DNA from: Paracoccaceae bacterium
GTDB lineage: Bacteria; Pseudomonadota; Alphaproteobacteria; Rhodobacterales; Rhodobacteraceae
NCBI GenBank assembly: GCA_028285485.1
Contig: JANQPC010000107.1
Span: 784-64,783 of the forward strand
Reading direction: 5' to 3'
DNA: 64,000 bases
Part shown: in pieces, positions 28,990-39,043 of the stretch
How the letters are laid out: the number at the start of each line of letters is the position of its first letter
How positions within the stretch are numbered: position 1 is the first letter of the stretch
The notes under the pieces: generated by a model
Databases searched by the model: none
What the model was told of the DNA's origin: nothing
The model's input: only the letters and a program-made list of their open reading frames with translations
Translations under genes and position numbers: made by a program

Positions 28990-29323
28990 GGCGTTTGACG
29001 AGATACCTGAAGCATCACAAATCGCCTAACGCGTTGAAATCTTTAAATCCAGGCAGCGTTGAGAGGGCCGGTTCCTTCGCATAACGCGTCAGCGTGCGGT
29101 GCTGGGCCGGAACCCCGTGTGAAGCCGCGCCATTGCCGGGCCCAAGGTTGCCGGCGCAACAGGTGGTCTGTGCCCTTTATCGAAGCAACCCCGCCCTGCG
29201 CCCGATTAGCGCTATACCCCACAGCCAGGCCGCGGGTGGGCCCGGCGATGGCGCGGCGGGCCTGCGGCCTTGTTTGCGCGCCTATCCCAGCATAGGGGCA
29301 GAACGCGCCGTCCGGCAGGCCGC

Positions 29324-30013
29324 CTACCCCAGCGCGTAGCCCGCGCCGCGCACCGTGCGCACCGGATCGTCGCCGCCATGCTGGCAAAGCGCCTTCCGGA
29401 GCCGCCCGATATGCACATCCACCGTGCGGGTATCCACGTAGATATCGCGGCCCCAGACCCGATCGAGCAGTTGTTCGCGGCTCCACACCCGCCCCGGCTT
29501 TTCCATGAAGGTGGAGAGCAGGCGGAACTCCGTGGGCCCCAGCTTCAGGGGTTTGTCGGCCCGGGTCACCCGATGGGTTTCGGAATCGAGGATGATATCG
29601 TTGAAACTTAGCCGTTCGCCCACGGCGGCGGGCCGGGTGCGGCGAAGCTGGCTGCGCACCCGCGCCATGAGCTCGATCACCGAATAGGGCTTGATCACGT
29701 AATCATCCGCGCCCGTTTCAAGCCCGCGCACCCGATCCACCTCTTCGGAGCGGGCCGAAAGCATGATCACCGGGATCGTGCGGGTTTCGGTGCGCGATTT
29801 CACCTGGCGGCAGACTTCGATGCCCGAAAGCCCCGGCAGCATCCAATCAAGCAGGATGATGTCGGGCGAATCCTCTTCGAGCAGCAGAAGCGCCTCGTCG
29901 CCGGTCTCCGCACGGCTGACCTCGAACCCTTCGGCTTCGAGGTTGTAGGACAAAACCTCACGCTGCGCGCTTTCGTCTTCGACGACGAGAACCCGTGGTC
30001 GATCGGCCGGCAT
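29324..30013 (-). CDS. phoB: Phosphate regulon response regulator PhoB
   Basis: Receiver 'VLVVEDE...ILLDWMLPG' plus an OmpR/PhoB winged-helix 'VDVHIGRLRKAL'. Confidence 0.92.
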   Translation of the reverse strand: MPADRPRVLVVEDESAQREVLSYNLEAEGFEVSRAETGDEALLLLEEDSPDIILLDWMLPGLSGIEVCRQVKSRTETRTIPVIMLSARSEEVDRVRGLETGADDYVIKPYSVIELMARVRSQLRRTRPAAVGERLSFNDIILDSETHRVTRADKPLKLGPTEFRLLSTFMEKPGRVWSREQLLDRVWGRDIYVDTRTVDVHIGRLRKALCQHGGDDPVRTVRGAGYALG

Positions 30014-30018
30014 CGCGG

Positions 30019-30735
30019 TTAGCCTTTCTCCATGTTCACATATGGCGTGCGGTCGCCCTTGGGCCGCGTGTCATCGGGCATCTCGCCGGTCACGAGGTAG
30101 ATCACCTGATCGGCGATGGAGGTGACGTGATCGCCCATCCGCTCGATGTTCTTGGCGATGAAATGCAGATGCATGCAGGAGGTGATGTTGCGCGGATCCT
30201 CCATCATGAAGGTCAGAAACTCGCGGAAAAGCGCGTTATACATCTGATCGACGTCATGATCGCGGCGGCGCACCTCATCGGCCAAAGCGGCATCGCGCTG
30301 GATATAGGCATCAAGCGCATCCTTCATCATGCCCTCCACCTCGCGCGCCATGCGGCGGATCGAGGTGGCCGCGCCTTCGGGCGGCTGCATCTGCACCAGA
30401 ACGCTGGTGCGCTTGGCGAGGTTCTTGGCGTAGTCGCCGCAGCGCTCAAGGTTGGCGGAGATCTTCATCACCGTCAGCACGGTGCGCAGATCCGAGGCGG
30501 TGGGCGCGCGCAGCGCCAGAACGCGTGCGGCTTCCTGGTTCACCTGCTCTTCCAGCGCATCGATGGCGGCATCGTTGCGGCGCACCTGGGCCGCAAGATC
30601 CTCATCCTTGGTTTCCAGCGACTTTGCGGAATTGATGATCGCGCTTTCGACAAGCCCGCCCATCTTCATGATCATGGCCTGGATCGCTTCCAGATCGCGA
30701 TCGAAGACCGATTGAATGTGGTTCGTTTCGTTCAT
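30019..30735 (-). CDS. phoU: Phosphate signalling complex protein PhoU
   Basis: Two PhoU repeats with 'LERCGDYAKNL' and 'IERMGDHVTSIA'. Confidence 0.92.
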   Translation of the reverse strand: MNETNHIQSVFDRDLEAIQAMIMKMGGLVESAIINSAKSLETKDEDLAAQVRRNDAAIDALEEQVNQEAARVLALRAPTASDLRTVLTVMKISANLERCGDYAKNLAKRTSVLVQMQPPEGAATSIRRMAREVEGMMKDALDAYIQRDAALADEVRRRDHDVDQMYNALFREFLTFMMEDPRNITSCMHLHFIAKNIERMGDHVTSIADQVIYLVTGEMPDDTRPKGDRTPYVNMEKG

Positions 30736-30743
30736 GTGCGATG

Positions 30744-31541
30744 CTACCCGATCCGGCCGGTGATGTAGGATTCGGTGCGGGAATCCTTGGGGTTTGTGAA
30801 GATCTGGCCGGTCTCACCATATTCGACGAGATAGCCGAGGTGGAAGAAGGCCGTCTTCTGGCTGACCCGCGCGGCCTGCTGCATGGAGTGGGTGACGATC
30901 ACCACCGAGTAGTTCTGCTTCAACTCGTCGATCAGTTCCTCCACCTGGGCGGTGGCGATCGGGTCGAGCGCAGAGCAGGGTTCGTCCATCAGCAGCACTT
31001 CGGGTTCGGTGGCCACGGCACGGGCAATGCAGAGCCGCTGCTGCTGGCCGCCCGAGAGCCCGGTGCCGGGCTCCTGCAAACGATCCTTCACCTCATCCCA
31101 GATCGCGCCGCGGCGCAGCGCGCGTTCCACGATCTCGTCAAGCTCGGCCTTGTTCTTGGCAAGCCCGTGGATCTTCGGGCCATAGGCCACGTTATCATAG
31201 ATCGATTTCGGGAAGGGGTTGGGCTTCTGGAAAACCATGCCGACCTTCGCGCGCAGCTGCACGGGATCAACCTTGGGGTTGTAGATATCCTCGCCGTCGA
31301 GATGGATATCGCCCTCTACCCGCGCCACGTCGATCGTATCGTTCATCCGGTTGATGCACCGCAGGAAGGTGGATTTCCCGCAGCCCGAGGGGCCGATAAA
31401 GGCGGTGACCGTTTTATCGTCGATATCAACATCGACATCCTTGATGGCATGGGTCTCGCCGTAGAACACCTGCACCTTGCGCGCGGCAATCTTGACGTCT
31501 TTGCTGTCCACGGCTCTCTCCGTCAGTCTCATATCGTTCAT
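30744..31541 (-). CDS. pstB: Phosphate ABC transporter ATP-binding protein PstB
   Basis: '[19 protein letters not shown]', '[14 protein letters not shown]' and '[12 protein letters not shown]'. Confidence 0.95.
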   Translation of the reverse strand: MNDMRLTERAVDSKDVKIAARKVQVFYGETHAIKDVDVDIDDKTVTAFIGPSGCGKSTFLRCINRMNDTIDVARVEGDIHLDGEDIYNPKVDPVQLRAKVGMVFQKPNPFPKSIYDNVAYGPKIHGLAKNKAELDEIVERALRRGAIWDEVKDRLQEPGTGLSGGQQQRLCIARAVATEPEVLLMDEPCSALDPIATAQVEELIDELKQNYSVVIVTHSMQQAARVSQKTAFFHLGYLVEYGETGQIFTNPKDSRTESYITGRIG

Positions 31542-31554
31542 GGCTCGGGCCTCC

Positions 31555-32904
31555 TTACCAGCGCCGCTCGAAGCGACGGCGCAAGAGGATCGCGATCGCG
31601 TTCATGATGACGAGGAAGATCAGCAGCACGATGATCGCGCCCGAGGCCCGCTCCACGAAGGCCGGATCCGATCGCTGCGTCCAGTTATACACCTGCACGG
31701 GCAGGGCCGAGGCGGGATCGAAAAAGCCCTCGGGCGGCCCGGCCGGGAATTCGCGCACAAAGGCCACCATGCCGATCAGAAGCAGCGGCGCGGTTTCGCC
31801 CAGGGCCTGTGCAAGGCCGATGATCGTGCCCGTCAGGATGCCCGGGGCGGCAAGCGGCAGTACATGATGGAACACGGTCTGCATCTTCGAAGCGCCCACG
31901 CCCAGCGCAGCCTCGCGGATCGAGGGCGGCACGGATTTGAGCGAGGCACGGGTGGCGATGATGATCGTGGGCAGCGTCATCAGCGTCAGCACCAGCCCGC
32001 CCACGATGGGCGCCGATTGCGGGAGCCCGGCGAAGTTGATGAAGATCGCAAGGCCCAAAATCCCGAACACGATTGAGGGAACCGCGGCGAGGTTGGCGAT
32101 ATTGACCTCGATGAGATCGGTGAAGCGGTTCTTGGGCGCAAATTCCTCAAGATAGATCGAGGCTGCCACGCCGATGGGCAGCGCCAGGATCAGCACCACG
32201 AGCATCATGTAGAACGAGCCCACAATGGCCACCCCCAGCCCCGCCGCTTCGGGGCGCTGGCCCGAGGCATCGGGGGCCGTGATAAAGGCCCAGTTGAAGC
32301 GTTTTTCGAGCACGCCCGCCTCGCCCAGCGCATCCGTCAGATCAAGCTGCGCGGGGCTTACGTTCTTATCGAGAAGCGCGGTGGCGCGGGTGACGCGATC
32401 CTTCATGTAGCCATCGATCCGGCCATTGGCGAGGAACTCGAAGGTGACGGTGGAGCCCACCACATCCGGGTTGGCCAGCACGAAATTCCGAAGCTGGGCG
32501 GGCGCTTCCTTGGAGACGATATCGCCGGGGTTGCCCAGTTCCTCGATCTCGATCCCCAGCGCGGCAATCTGCGCTTCCATCGCCTCGCCGATCAGCGGGC
32601 CGTAGCCGAAGGTGGAAACGCGCGCCATCTGATCGCGGTTGCGGTTGCCTTCGGGATCGAGCCGATCCTCGGGCAGATCGACCTCAAGCGTGATATAGGT
32701 TTGCTGAAACGCGCTGGCGCCGTTCGACACGATCGAGACGACCAGCATAACGAGCGCGAGAATGCCCAGCGTGACGGCGATGATGCCGTACATCTTGAAG
32801 CGCGTCTCGGCCGCATTCCGGCGCTTGGTGCGGGCATCCTGTTCGAGGAGCGATCCCTTGCGCGGGGCCGAGGGCACGGCATCGGTGGCGGTGATATCGC
32901 TCAT
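31555..32904 (-). CDS. pstA: Phosphate ABC transporter permease PstA
   Basis: Polytopic permease with the '[20 protein letters not shown]' EAA loop. It overlaps pstC by 4 nt. Confidence 0.9.
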   Translation of the reverse strand: MSDITATDAVPSAPRKGSLLEQDARTKRRNAAETRFKMYGIIAVTLGILALVMLVVSIVSNGASAFQQTYITLEVDLPEDRLDPEGNRNRDQMARVSTFGYGPLIGEAMEAQIAALGIEIEELGNPGDIVSKEAPAQLRNFVLANPDVVGSTVTFEFLANGRIDGYMKDRVTRATALLDKNVSPAQLDLTDALGEAGVLEKRFNWAFITAPDASGQRPEAAGLGVAIVGSFYMMLVVLILALPIGVAASIYLEEFAPKNRFTDLIEVNIANLAAVPSIVFGILGLAIFINFAGLPQSAPIVGGLVLTLMTLPTIIIATRASLKSVPPSIREAALGVGASKMQTVFHHVLPLAAPGILTGTIIGLAQALGETAPLLLIGMVAFVREFPAGPPEGFFDPASALPVQVYNWTQRSDPAFVERASGAIIVLLIFLVIMNAIAILLRRRFERRW

Positions 32905-34382
32905 TCGTACTGCTCCCGATACTTGCGCACGATGTAGAGGGCCAGAACGTTCAGCCCCAGCGTGATGACGAAGAGGGTCAGGCCGAGGGCGAAGGCCACC
33001 AGCGTTTCAGGCGCCGCGAAATCGGTATCGCCGGTAAGCTGGCTGACGATCTTCACGGTGACGGTTGTCATCGCCTCGAAGGGGTTCACCAGCTCGCCCA
33101 GCCCGCGATCGAACTGCGCCGCCGCGGCGCCCGCGCCCAGAACCACGATCATCGTTTCCCCGATGGCGCGCGAGGCCGCCAGAAGGATCGCGCCCACGAT
33201 GCCCGGCAACGCGGCCGGAACCACCACCTGGCGGATGGTTTCGGAATGGGTGGCGCCAAGGCCGAAGGAGCCATCGCGCATCGCCTGGGGCACCGCGTTG
33301 ATGATGTCGTCAGACAGGGATGAGACGAAGGGGATCAGCATGATGCCCATCACCACGCCCGCGGTGGCCACCGAAGAAGCGCTTTCCCCAAGCCCCATGG
33401 GCATCGCGAAATAGTCGCGCAATAGCGGGCCGACGGTGATCAGCGCGAAGAGGCCGTAGACGATGGTGGGGATGCCCGCGAGGATCTCAATAAGCGGCTT
33501 GGCGACAGAGCGCACGCGGGGGCCCGCATATTCGCTCATGTAGATCGCCGCGAAGAGCCCGATGGGCACCGCCACGAGCAGCGCGATGAAGGAGATGTAG
33601 AGCGTGCCCCAGAGCAGCGGGATGATGCTGAGATTCGAGTTCCCGCGGAAATCGGGCGCCCATTCGAGGCCGAAAAAGAAGGATGTCCACGGATATTGCT
33701 GGAAAAAGTTCCGGGTCTCAAACAGCATCGACAGCACGATGCCAAGCGTGGTCAGAACGGCAATCGAGGCCGCGACCATCAGCATGATCAGGATCACGCG
33801 CTCCACCGTATTGCGCGCGCGGAAGCCAGCTTTGGTGACGGCAAGCGAACTGACGAAGCCGAAAAGGGCCGCGGCCAGAACCGCGACGGTCATCCAGGTA
33901 TTGCCGGTAGCGCTCATCTCCCGATACCGCTGCGCGGCGCGCAGCACGGGGGCATCGACATTCGAGCCGAGCGCAACGCCCACTTCGCCCAGCCGCTGGC
34001 GCACATCGGTAAACTCGGTGCGGATCGAGCTGGCGTCTTCCTCCGACATCGCGCCTTGCTCGACCGCCAGATTGAGCCCGGTGGCCACGCGTTCCACATC
34101 GCTCATCACAAGGCCCAGCGTGGCGCCTTCGGGGATCGCCCCCTCGGGGATCATGTCGGCCACGCGGTTCTGAATCCAGGCGGGCTGCACCAGCAGCCAC
34201 AGGATCAGAAGCCCGATCGCGGGGATGATGACGGCAAACGAAACATTCGCCCCGTAATACGAGGGCAGCGAATGCAGAAGCTTCGCGTTACCGCCGGAAC
34301 TGGCAAGCGCCCGCTGGCGGCCAACAACGTAGCCGACGGCCGCAAGGGCCAGAATAATCAGCACCAGCCAAAGCGTTGGCAT
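32901..34382 (-). CDS. pstC: Phosphate ABC transporter permease PstC
   Basis: Polytopic permease with the EAA loop 'DGSFGLGATHSETIRQVVVPAALPGI'. Confidence 0.9.
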   Translation of the reverse strand: MPTLWLVLIILALAAVGYVVGRQRALASSGGNAKLLHSLPSYYGANVSFAVIIPAIGLLILWLLVQPAWIQNRVADMIPEGAIPEGATLGLVMSDVERVATGLNLAVEQGAMSEEDASSIRTEFTDVRQRLGEVGVALGSNVDAPVLRAAQRYREMSATGNTWMTVAVLAAALFGFVSSLAVTKAGFRARNTVERVILIMLMVAASIAVLTTLGIVLSMLFETRNFFQQYPWTSFFFGLEWAPDFRGNSNLSIIPLLWGTLYISFIALLVAVPIGLFAAIYMSEYAGPRVRSVAKPLIEILAGIPTIVYGLFALITVGPLLRDYFAMPMGLGESASSVATAGVVMGIMLIPFVSSLSDDIINAVPQAMRDGSFGLGATHSETIRQVVVPAALPGIVGAILLAASRAIGETMIVVLGAGAAAAQFDRGLGELVNPFEAMTTVTVKIVSQLTGDTDFAAPETLVAFALGLTLFVITLGLNVLALYIVRKYREQYE

Positions 34383-34471
34383 CCCATCCCCCGTGAAATC
34401 TTATCGCCCGGGGCCAGCCCCCGGGATCGGCAAAGGGGGCGGCACCGGGCCGCCCCCTCCGAAAGCCGCGA

Positions 34472-35509
34472 TTACATCGCGTTGCCCATCACGTCTTCAT
34501 TGGCGACGGCCGACTGCGTGTCGCCCAGCGCCGGGTCCGACACCAGGCCATAGGCGGCCAGCGGGCCCGCGGGGCCGGCGATGTCGTCGGAGATGAAGAA
34601 CTCGGCAAATTCCTTCAGGCCGGGGATCACGCCGATATGCGCCTTCTTGATGTAGAAGAAGAGCGGGCGCGACACCGGGTATTCACCGGTCGAGATCGAT
34701 TCGGTTGTCGGAACGATGCCCGCCATGGTGGCGACCTGAAGCTTGTCGGTGTTGTTTTCGTAGAAGGCGAGGCCGAAGACGCCGATGCCATCCTTGTTGG
34801 AATCGATGCGCGCGAGCGTTTCGGTGTAGTCGCCATCGATATCCACGGCGAGGCCATCGGTGCGGATCCCCATGCACTTGTCTTCGGCGGTGTCTTCATC
34901 GACGCCGGAATCGAGCATTGCCTGGAAGAAGCCGCCTTCCTCGCAGCCCGCCAGAACCACCTTTTCCTCGAACACTTCACGGGTGCCGTGCTTGGTGCCG
35001 GGGATGAAGGCCTGGATCGCCTGATCGGGCAGCGCCGGATCAACTTCGTTCCAGTTCGACAGCGTGTTCGCAACAAGCTCGCCATCCACGAAGTGCTCGG
35101 CGGCCATGGCCTTGTACCAATGCTCCGGCGTGAACTCGAAGGAGTTGCCGTTGATATCGGAGGCGAAGACAATGCCATCATAGCCGATGCGCACTTCGAT
35201 GATGTCGGTCACGCCCGCTTCGGCACAGGCGGCCACTTCGCCTTCGCGGATCGCGCGCGAGGCATTGGCGATGTCGATGGTGTTTTCGCCGACGCCTTCG
35301 CAGAACCGCTTCAGGCCAGCCGAGGAACCGCCCGATTCCACAACCGGGGTCGGGAAATCGAAGTTTTCGCCGAAGGCTTCGGCAACGATCGTGGCGTAGG
35401 GCAGAACGGTGGACGAACCGGCGATCTGAACATTGTCGCGCGCCGCGGCGGCCGTGGCCGACACAGCAGCGATCGCCAGGCTCGAGGCGGTCAGTTTCAC
35501 TAAGGACAT
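34472..35509 (-). CDS. pstS: Phosphate ABC transporter substrate-binding protein (PstS family)
   Basis: Signal peptide 'MSLVKLTASSLAIAAVSATAAAA' and 'QIAGSSTVLPY'. An AGGAG SD lies 6 nt before the ATG at 35509. Confidence 0.85.
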   Translation of the reverse strand: MSLVKLTASSLAIAAVSATAAAARDNVQIAGSSTVLPYATIVAEAFGENFDFPTPVVESGGSSAGLKRFCEGVGENTIDIANASRAIREGEVAACAEAGVTDIIEVRIGYDGIVFASDINGNSFEFTPEHWYKAMAAEHFVDGELVANTLSNWNEVDPALPDQAIQAFIPGTKHGTREVFEEKVVLAGCEEGGFFQAMLDSGVDEDTAEDKCMGIRTDGLAVDIDGDYTETLARIDSNKDGIGVFGLAFYENNTDKLQVATMAGIVPTTESISTGEYPVSRPLFFYIKKAHIGVIPGLKEFAEFFISDDIAGPAGPLAAYGLVSDPALGDTQSAVANEDVMGNAM

Positions 35510-35590
35510 GTGGTGCTCCTGAAGATTATCCCTATGGGCGCTCTCGCGGCGCCCGGTGGGCGAGCCGTAAGCCGAACGCATCGCTCTTTT

Positions 35591-35619
35591 GTGACAGTTG
35601 CGTAACAGTTTTATGACAG
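35591..35619 (-). promoter_or_regulatory. Pho box: three 7-bp direct repeats at 11-bp spacing (CTGTCAT aaaa CTGTTAC gcaa CTGTCAC)
   Basis: Read on the minus strand 82-110 nt upstream of the pstS ATG. It matches the CTGTCAT-N4-CTGTCAT PhoB consensus. Confidence 0.6.
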
Positions 35620-35656
35620 TCGCGGCCTGGCCGGGAGAAACTGCGCGATTGCGCCC

Positions 35657-36706
35657 CTACGCCGCCGGGAGCACCACGGAAAACCGCGCGCCATCGCCCG
35701 GCGCGCTTTCGATCTTCAGCCGCCCACGGTGGCGCGCGACGATGTGCTTAACGATGGCCAGGCCAAGCCCCGTGCCCCCCATCTCGCGCGAGCGGTGATT
35801 GTCGACCCGGTAGAAACGCTCCGTCAGGCGTGGAATGTGGATCGGATCGAAGCCCTCGCCATCGTCGCTGACGGTTATGGTGATCGCATCGCCCCGCAGC
35901 GATGGCGCTGGATCGGGCCCTGTGAGCGATACTTCCACATGCGATCCGTCACCACCGTATTTCAGCGCGTTTTCAATGAGGTTGGAGAAGATCTGCGCCA
36001 GCTGATCGGCATCGCCGGGCACGGTAAGGTCACGGTCGGCACCGTTGAGCGTGATCTGGCTGCCCGATTCCTCGGCGATCGGCGCCAGCGAGGAAACCAC
36101 CGAACGCAGGATGCCCGGGATCTCGGCGCTTTCCTGCGGGCGCTGGCGTTCCTGGCTTTCAACCCGGCTGAGCGAGAGCAGATCCTGCACCAGCCGGTTC
36201 ATCCGCCCCGCCTCACGTTCCATGATCTGCAGGAAACGGTCGCGGGCGGCGGGGTCATCGCGCGCCGCGCCCCGAAGGGTTTCGATAAAGCCCAGAAGCG
36301 CGGTCAGCGGAGTGCGCAATTCGTGGCTGACATTGGCCACGAAATCGCGCCGCATCTGCCCCGCCTCCTGCAGATCGGTGGTATCGACAAAGCTTACCAG
36401 CACCGCGGGGGCCGTGCCGTGGCGCACCCGCGCGGCGGTGACCGCAAAGGTTGTTTCGCGGGAACCTTCGGAGGTGTTGTACCGCGTCTCCGCCGTTTCA
36501 GACCGGCCCGCGAGCACCTTCTCCAGGCATTCGAAGAGCGCCGGCTGGCGCAGGGCAGCGACGAAATGGCGCGATACCAGGCCGGTTCCGAAAAGCCCCT
36601 CTGCGGCGGGGTTGATCGCGATCAGCCGTTCATCCGGCCCCACGAGAACAAGGGGAATCGGCGCGGCGTTTATCAACGCCGCATAGGCCGTTACCTCAGA
36701 CGTCAT
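35657..36706 (-). CDS. phoR: Phosphate regulon sensor histidine kinase PhoR (soluble PAS-HisKA-HATPase form)
   Basis: H-box 'VANVSHELRTPLT', N/G boxes 'NLIENALKYG' and 'GTGLGLAIVKHIV'. The start is at the ATG at 36706 with a GGAG SD. The longer track ORF is Arg-rich and unlikely to be real. Confidence 0.85.
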   Translation of the reverse strand: MTSEVTAYAALINAAPIPLVLVGPDERLIAINPAAEGLFGTGLVSRHFVAALRQPALFECLEKVLAGRSETAETRYNTSEGSRETTFAVTAARVRHGTAPAVLVSFVDTTDLQEAGQMRRDFVANVSHELRTPLTALLGFIETLRGAARDDPAARDRFLQIMEREAGRMNRLVQDLLSLSRVESQERQRPQESAEIPGILRSVVSSLAPIAEESGSQITLNGADRDLTVPGDADQLAQIFSNLIENALKYGGDGSHVEVSLTGPDPAPSLRGDAITITVSDDGEGFDPIHIPRLTERFYRVDNHRSREMGGTGLGLAIVKHIVARHRGRLKIESAPGDGARFSVVLPAA

Positions 36707-36756
36707 TTCAGCAGCTCCGCGAAACGGCAGCTCAGGTAAAAACCCGGGCATTTTCG

Positions 36757-36834
36757 CCCAAAAAAAGCAATCTCGATCAGTTTCTGCGCCATTTTGACAA
36801 CCTAAGGTGGTATCCCCCGAAAAAAAGCAACTTT
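36757..36834. repeat. Direct repeat CCC(A/G)AAAAAAAGCAA(T/C)(C/T)T, two copies exactly 60 bp apart
   Basis: Copies at 36757-36774 and 36817-36834 in the AT-rich intergenic region upstream of phoR. Confidence 0.4.
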
Positions 36835-36921
36835 TCTGACTGGATTTTCTGCAGCGCCGAACCATGATGAGAAAGATGCGAAGACCGCCCTGCCCTGGCA
36901 GGCGAAGAGAGGGACAGCGAA

Positions 36922-37320
36922 TTGAAAGACGAATTCGAACGGGGACGTGGCCGTGTTTTGCCCGCTGCCGCGCCGAGAGAGGCACGCCGCGGTATTGTTG
37001 CGGTGGGCGATGTTGACGGCTGGGGCCCGGCCTCCGACCGTCCGGCACGTGAAAAGGGCGTCGTATTCGCCGGATTCAGCGATATCACCGGCTCACTCAT
37101 GAACATGCTCGACCCCAAGCTCATCCTCTCCCCCCTTGTGGCGACGGAGTTCGATTGCACCGATCTTGCGCTGAAGCTCGATTCGATGGGGTTTTCGGGA
37201 TCCTATATCGCCGTGGCCGATCTGCCGCGGCCCGATATGGTCGAGCAGGAAATCCGCAGCCTGTGTTCGCGCCTTGAGTTCGGCATCGTGGCGCCGGCAG
37301 ACCTTGGGTTGACCCTCTAG
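36922..37320 (+). CDS. Hypothetical protein; the start is very uncertain and could be as late as the ATG near 37110
   Basis: The open frame has rising G/C third-position bias toward the 3' half. I recognised no motif. Confidence 0.35.
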   Translation: MKDEFERGRGRVLPAAAPREARRGIVAVGDVDGWGPASDRPAREKGVVFAGFSDITGSLMNMLDPKLILSPLVATEFDCTDLALKLDSMGFSGSYIAVADLPRPDMVEQEIRSLCSRLEFGIVAPADLGLTL

Positions 37321-37329
37321 GCACCGCGT

Positions 37330-38508
37330 TCAGACGCGCGCCGCGGCATCGAGCCCGCGGGCGAAGATGGGGGCGAGCGATCCCGGCTCTTCGCATCCGA
37401 CCGAGACGCGGAAGAAGCCCTCGCTGATCCCGATGGCCGCGCGGGCCTCCGGTGTGAGCGCCCGGTGGGAGGATGTTGCGGGGTGGCTGATCGTGGTGCC
37501 GATATCCCCCAGCGTGGGCGCGAAGGGAAGTTCGGGCATCGCCGCTATGAGGGCGTTCGCCGCCGCGCGCCCGCCCTTCATCTCAAAGCTCAGCATATGC
37601 GAACCGCGCGGGCCGAGCAGCGCCACGGCGCGGTTGTGATCGGGGTGATCGGCGCGGGTGGGGTAAAGCACGCGCGCGACGCACGCATGGCCCGCAAGCG
37701 CCTCGGCAAGCGCCGCGGCATTGGCCTCGGCCCGATCGTAGCGCAGGCCGAAGCTCAGAAGCCCGCGCTCGGCCAGCCAGCAATCAAAGGGGCTTGGTGT
37801 GAGCCCCGTGGTGACGGCGAAGATTTCGATCCGCTCCCGCAGCGCCGGATCGCGGGCGGCAACATATCCCAGCGTGGCATCGGAATGGCCCGAAAGGATC
37901 TTCGTCAGCGAATGGATCACAAGATCGGCGCCGTGATCGAAGGGCCGGATGCTGCGCGGTGTGGTGAAGGTATTGTCGACCGCGAGCAGAATGCCCCGGT
38001 CGCGCGCCAGCGCCGCGATGCCCTCCAGATCCGCCACGCGGATCGTGGGGTTTGAGACGATTTCGATCAGGATCAGGCGCGTTTCGGGCCGGAGCGCCGC
38101 GGCGATTGCATCGGCATCGGTGGCATCGGCGGTAGAGGTGGCCACACCGAAGGCGGGAAGCGTTTCATGCAGAAGCCGCAGCGACCGCCCATAGAGCTGA
38201 TCGCCGCCAATCACGTGATCGCCCGCTGCCACGGCGCCCATCACCGCCGCGGTAACGGCGGCCATGCCCGAGCCCGTGACAAGCCCGCCCTCTGCGCCTT
38301 CAAGATCATCCACCATCCGGGCCAGCACATCGGCATTGGGATGGCCCTCGCGCGCATAGGTGTAGCCCGCCAGATCGCCCGCATATTGCTGATCGAGCGC
38401 ATCGGGGCTGTCGGAGGCATAGACAACCGCGGGCTGCAGCGGGCTGACCATGGGGCGCGAGGCGCTTTCCGGCCAGGGCTGGCGCGCGATGGGGGATTTG
38501 GGCGCCAT
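37330..38508 (-). CDS. Cys/Met metabolism PLP-dependent enzyme (cystathionine gamma-synthase/lyase family)
   Basis: PLP-lysine motif 'HSLTKILSGHSD' and 'VDNTFTTP'. Confidence 0.85.
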   Translation of the reverse strand: MAPKSPIARQPWPESASRPMVSPLQPAVVYASDSPDALDQQYAGDLAGYTYAREGHPNADVLARMVDDLEGAEGGLVTGSGMAAVTAAVMGAVAAGDHVIGGDQLYGRSLRLLHETLPAFGVATSTADATDADAIAAALRPETRLILIEIVSNPTIRVADLEGIAALARDRGILLAVDNTFTTPRSIRPFDHGADLVIHSLTKILSGHSDATLGYVAARDPALRERIEIFAVTTGLTPSPFDCWLAERGLLSFGLRYDRAEANAAALAEALAGHACVARVLYPTRADHPDHNRAVALLGPRGSHMLSFEMKGGRAAANALIAAMPELPFAPTLGDIGTTISHPATSSHRALTPEARAAIGISEGFFRVSVGCEEPGSLAPIFARGLDAAARV

Positions 38509-38512
38509 CGCC

Positions 38513-39043
38513 CTACCCCTCTGCCGTCAGGCCCGCGCGGAAGCGGCGCATATTGGCCTGGTAGCCCTCGGCGCTTTCGCGCAGCCCCGCAATCTCTTCC
38601 GCGCTCAGTTCCCGCACTACCCGCGCCGGGGAACCGATCACCAGGCTGCCATCGGGGATGGCCTTGCCCTCGGTCACCAGCGCGCCCGCACCGACAAGGC
38701 AGTGCCGCCCGATCGTGGCGCCGTTCAGCACCGTGGCGCCCATCCCGATCAGGCTTTCATCGCCGATGGTGCAGCCATGGATGATGGCGCTGTGCCCGAT
38801 CGTGCAATTCGCGCCGATGGTGAGGGGGAAGCCCATATCGGTGTGGCACACAGTGTTTTCCTGGATATTCGTGCCCGCGCCCACCGTGATCGGCTCGTTA
38901 TCGCCGCGCAGGGTTGCGCCAAACCAGATGCCCACGCCCTCGGCAAGGATCACATGGCCCATCACATGGGCGCCGGGCGCCACCCACCAATCCGCGCCCT
39001 CGGGCACCGTTGGGGCCACGCCGTCGAGCGCATAGAGCATCAA
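38513..39043 (-). CDS. Gamma-class carbonic anhydrase family protein (YrdA/PaaY-like hexapeptide protein)
   Basis: '[14 protein letters not shown]' and hexapeptide repeats '[31 protein letters not shown]'. Confidence 0.85.
   Translation of the reverse strand: MMLYALDGVAPTVPEGADWWVAPGAHVMGHVILAEGVGIWFGATLRGDNEPITVGAGTNIQENTVCHTDMGFPLTIGANCTIGHSAIIHGCTIGDESLIGMGATVLNGATIGRHCLVGAGALVTEGKAIPDGSLVIGSPARVVRELSAEEIAGLRESAEGYQANMRRFRAGLTAEG

Noticed and set aside
29040-29200. Cobalamin, glycine, guanidine or ZTP riboswitch in the GC-rich gap downstream of phoB.
   Set aside because: The core boxes (GCCACTG with GGGAAGGC, ACCGAAGG pairs, GGUCCGAGAG, CCGCCUGGGC) are not present on either strand. No gene lies downstream in either orientation to be regulated.
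29198-29220. GGGGTATAGCGCTAATCGGGCGC (minus strand) as a tRNA or tmRNA gene.
   Set aside because: After the acceptor/D-arm-like start there is no anticodon stem, no GTTCGAATC-type T-arm and no CCA-proximal acceptor strand. No ANDN-type tag reading frame was found either. I kept it only as part of the note on the non-coding gap.
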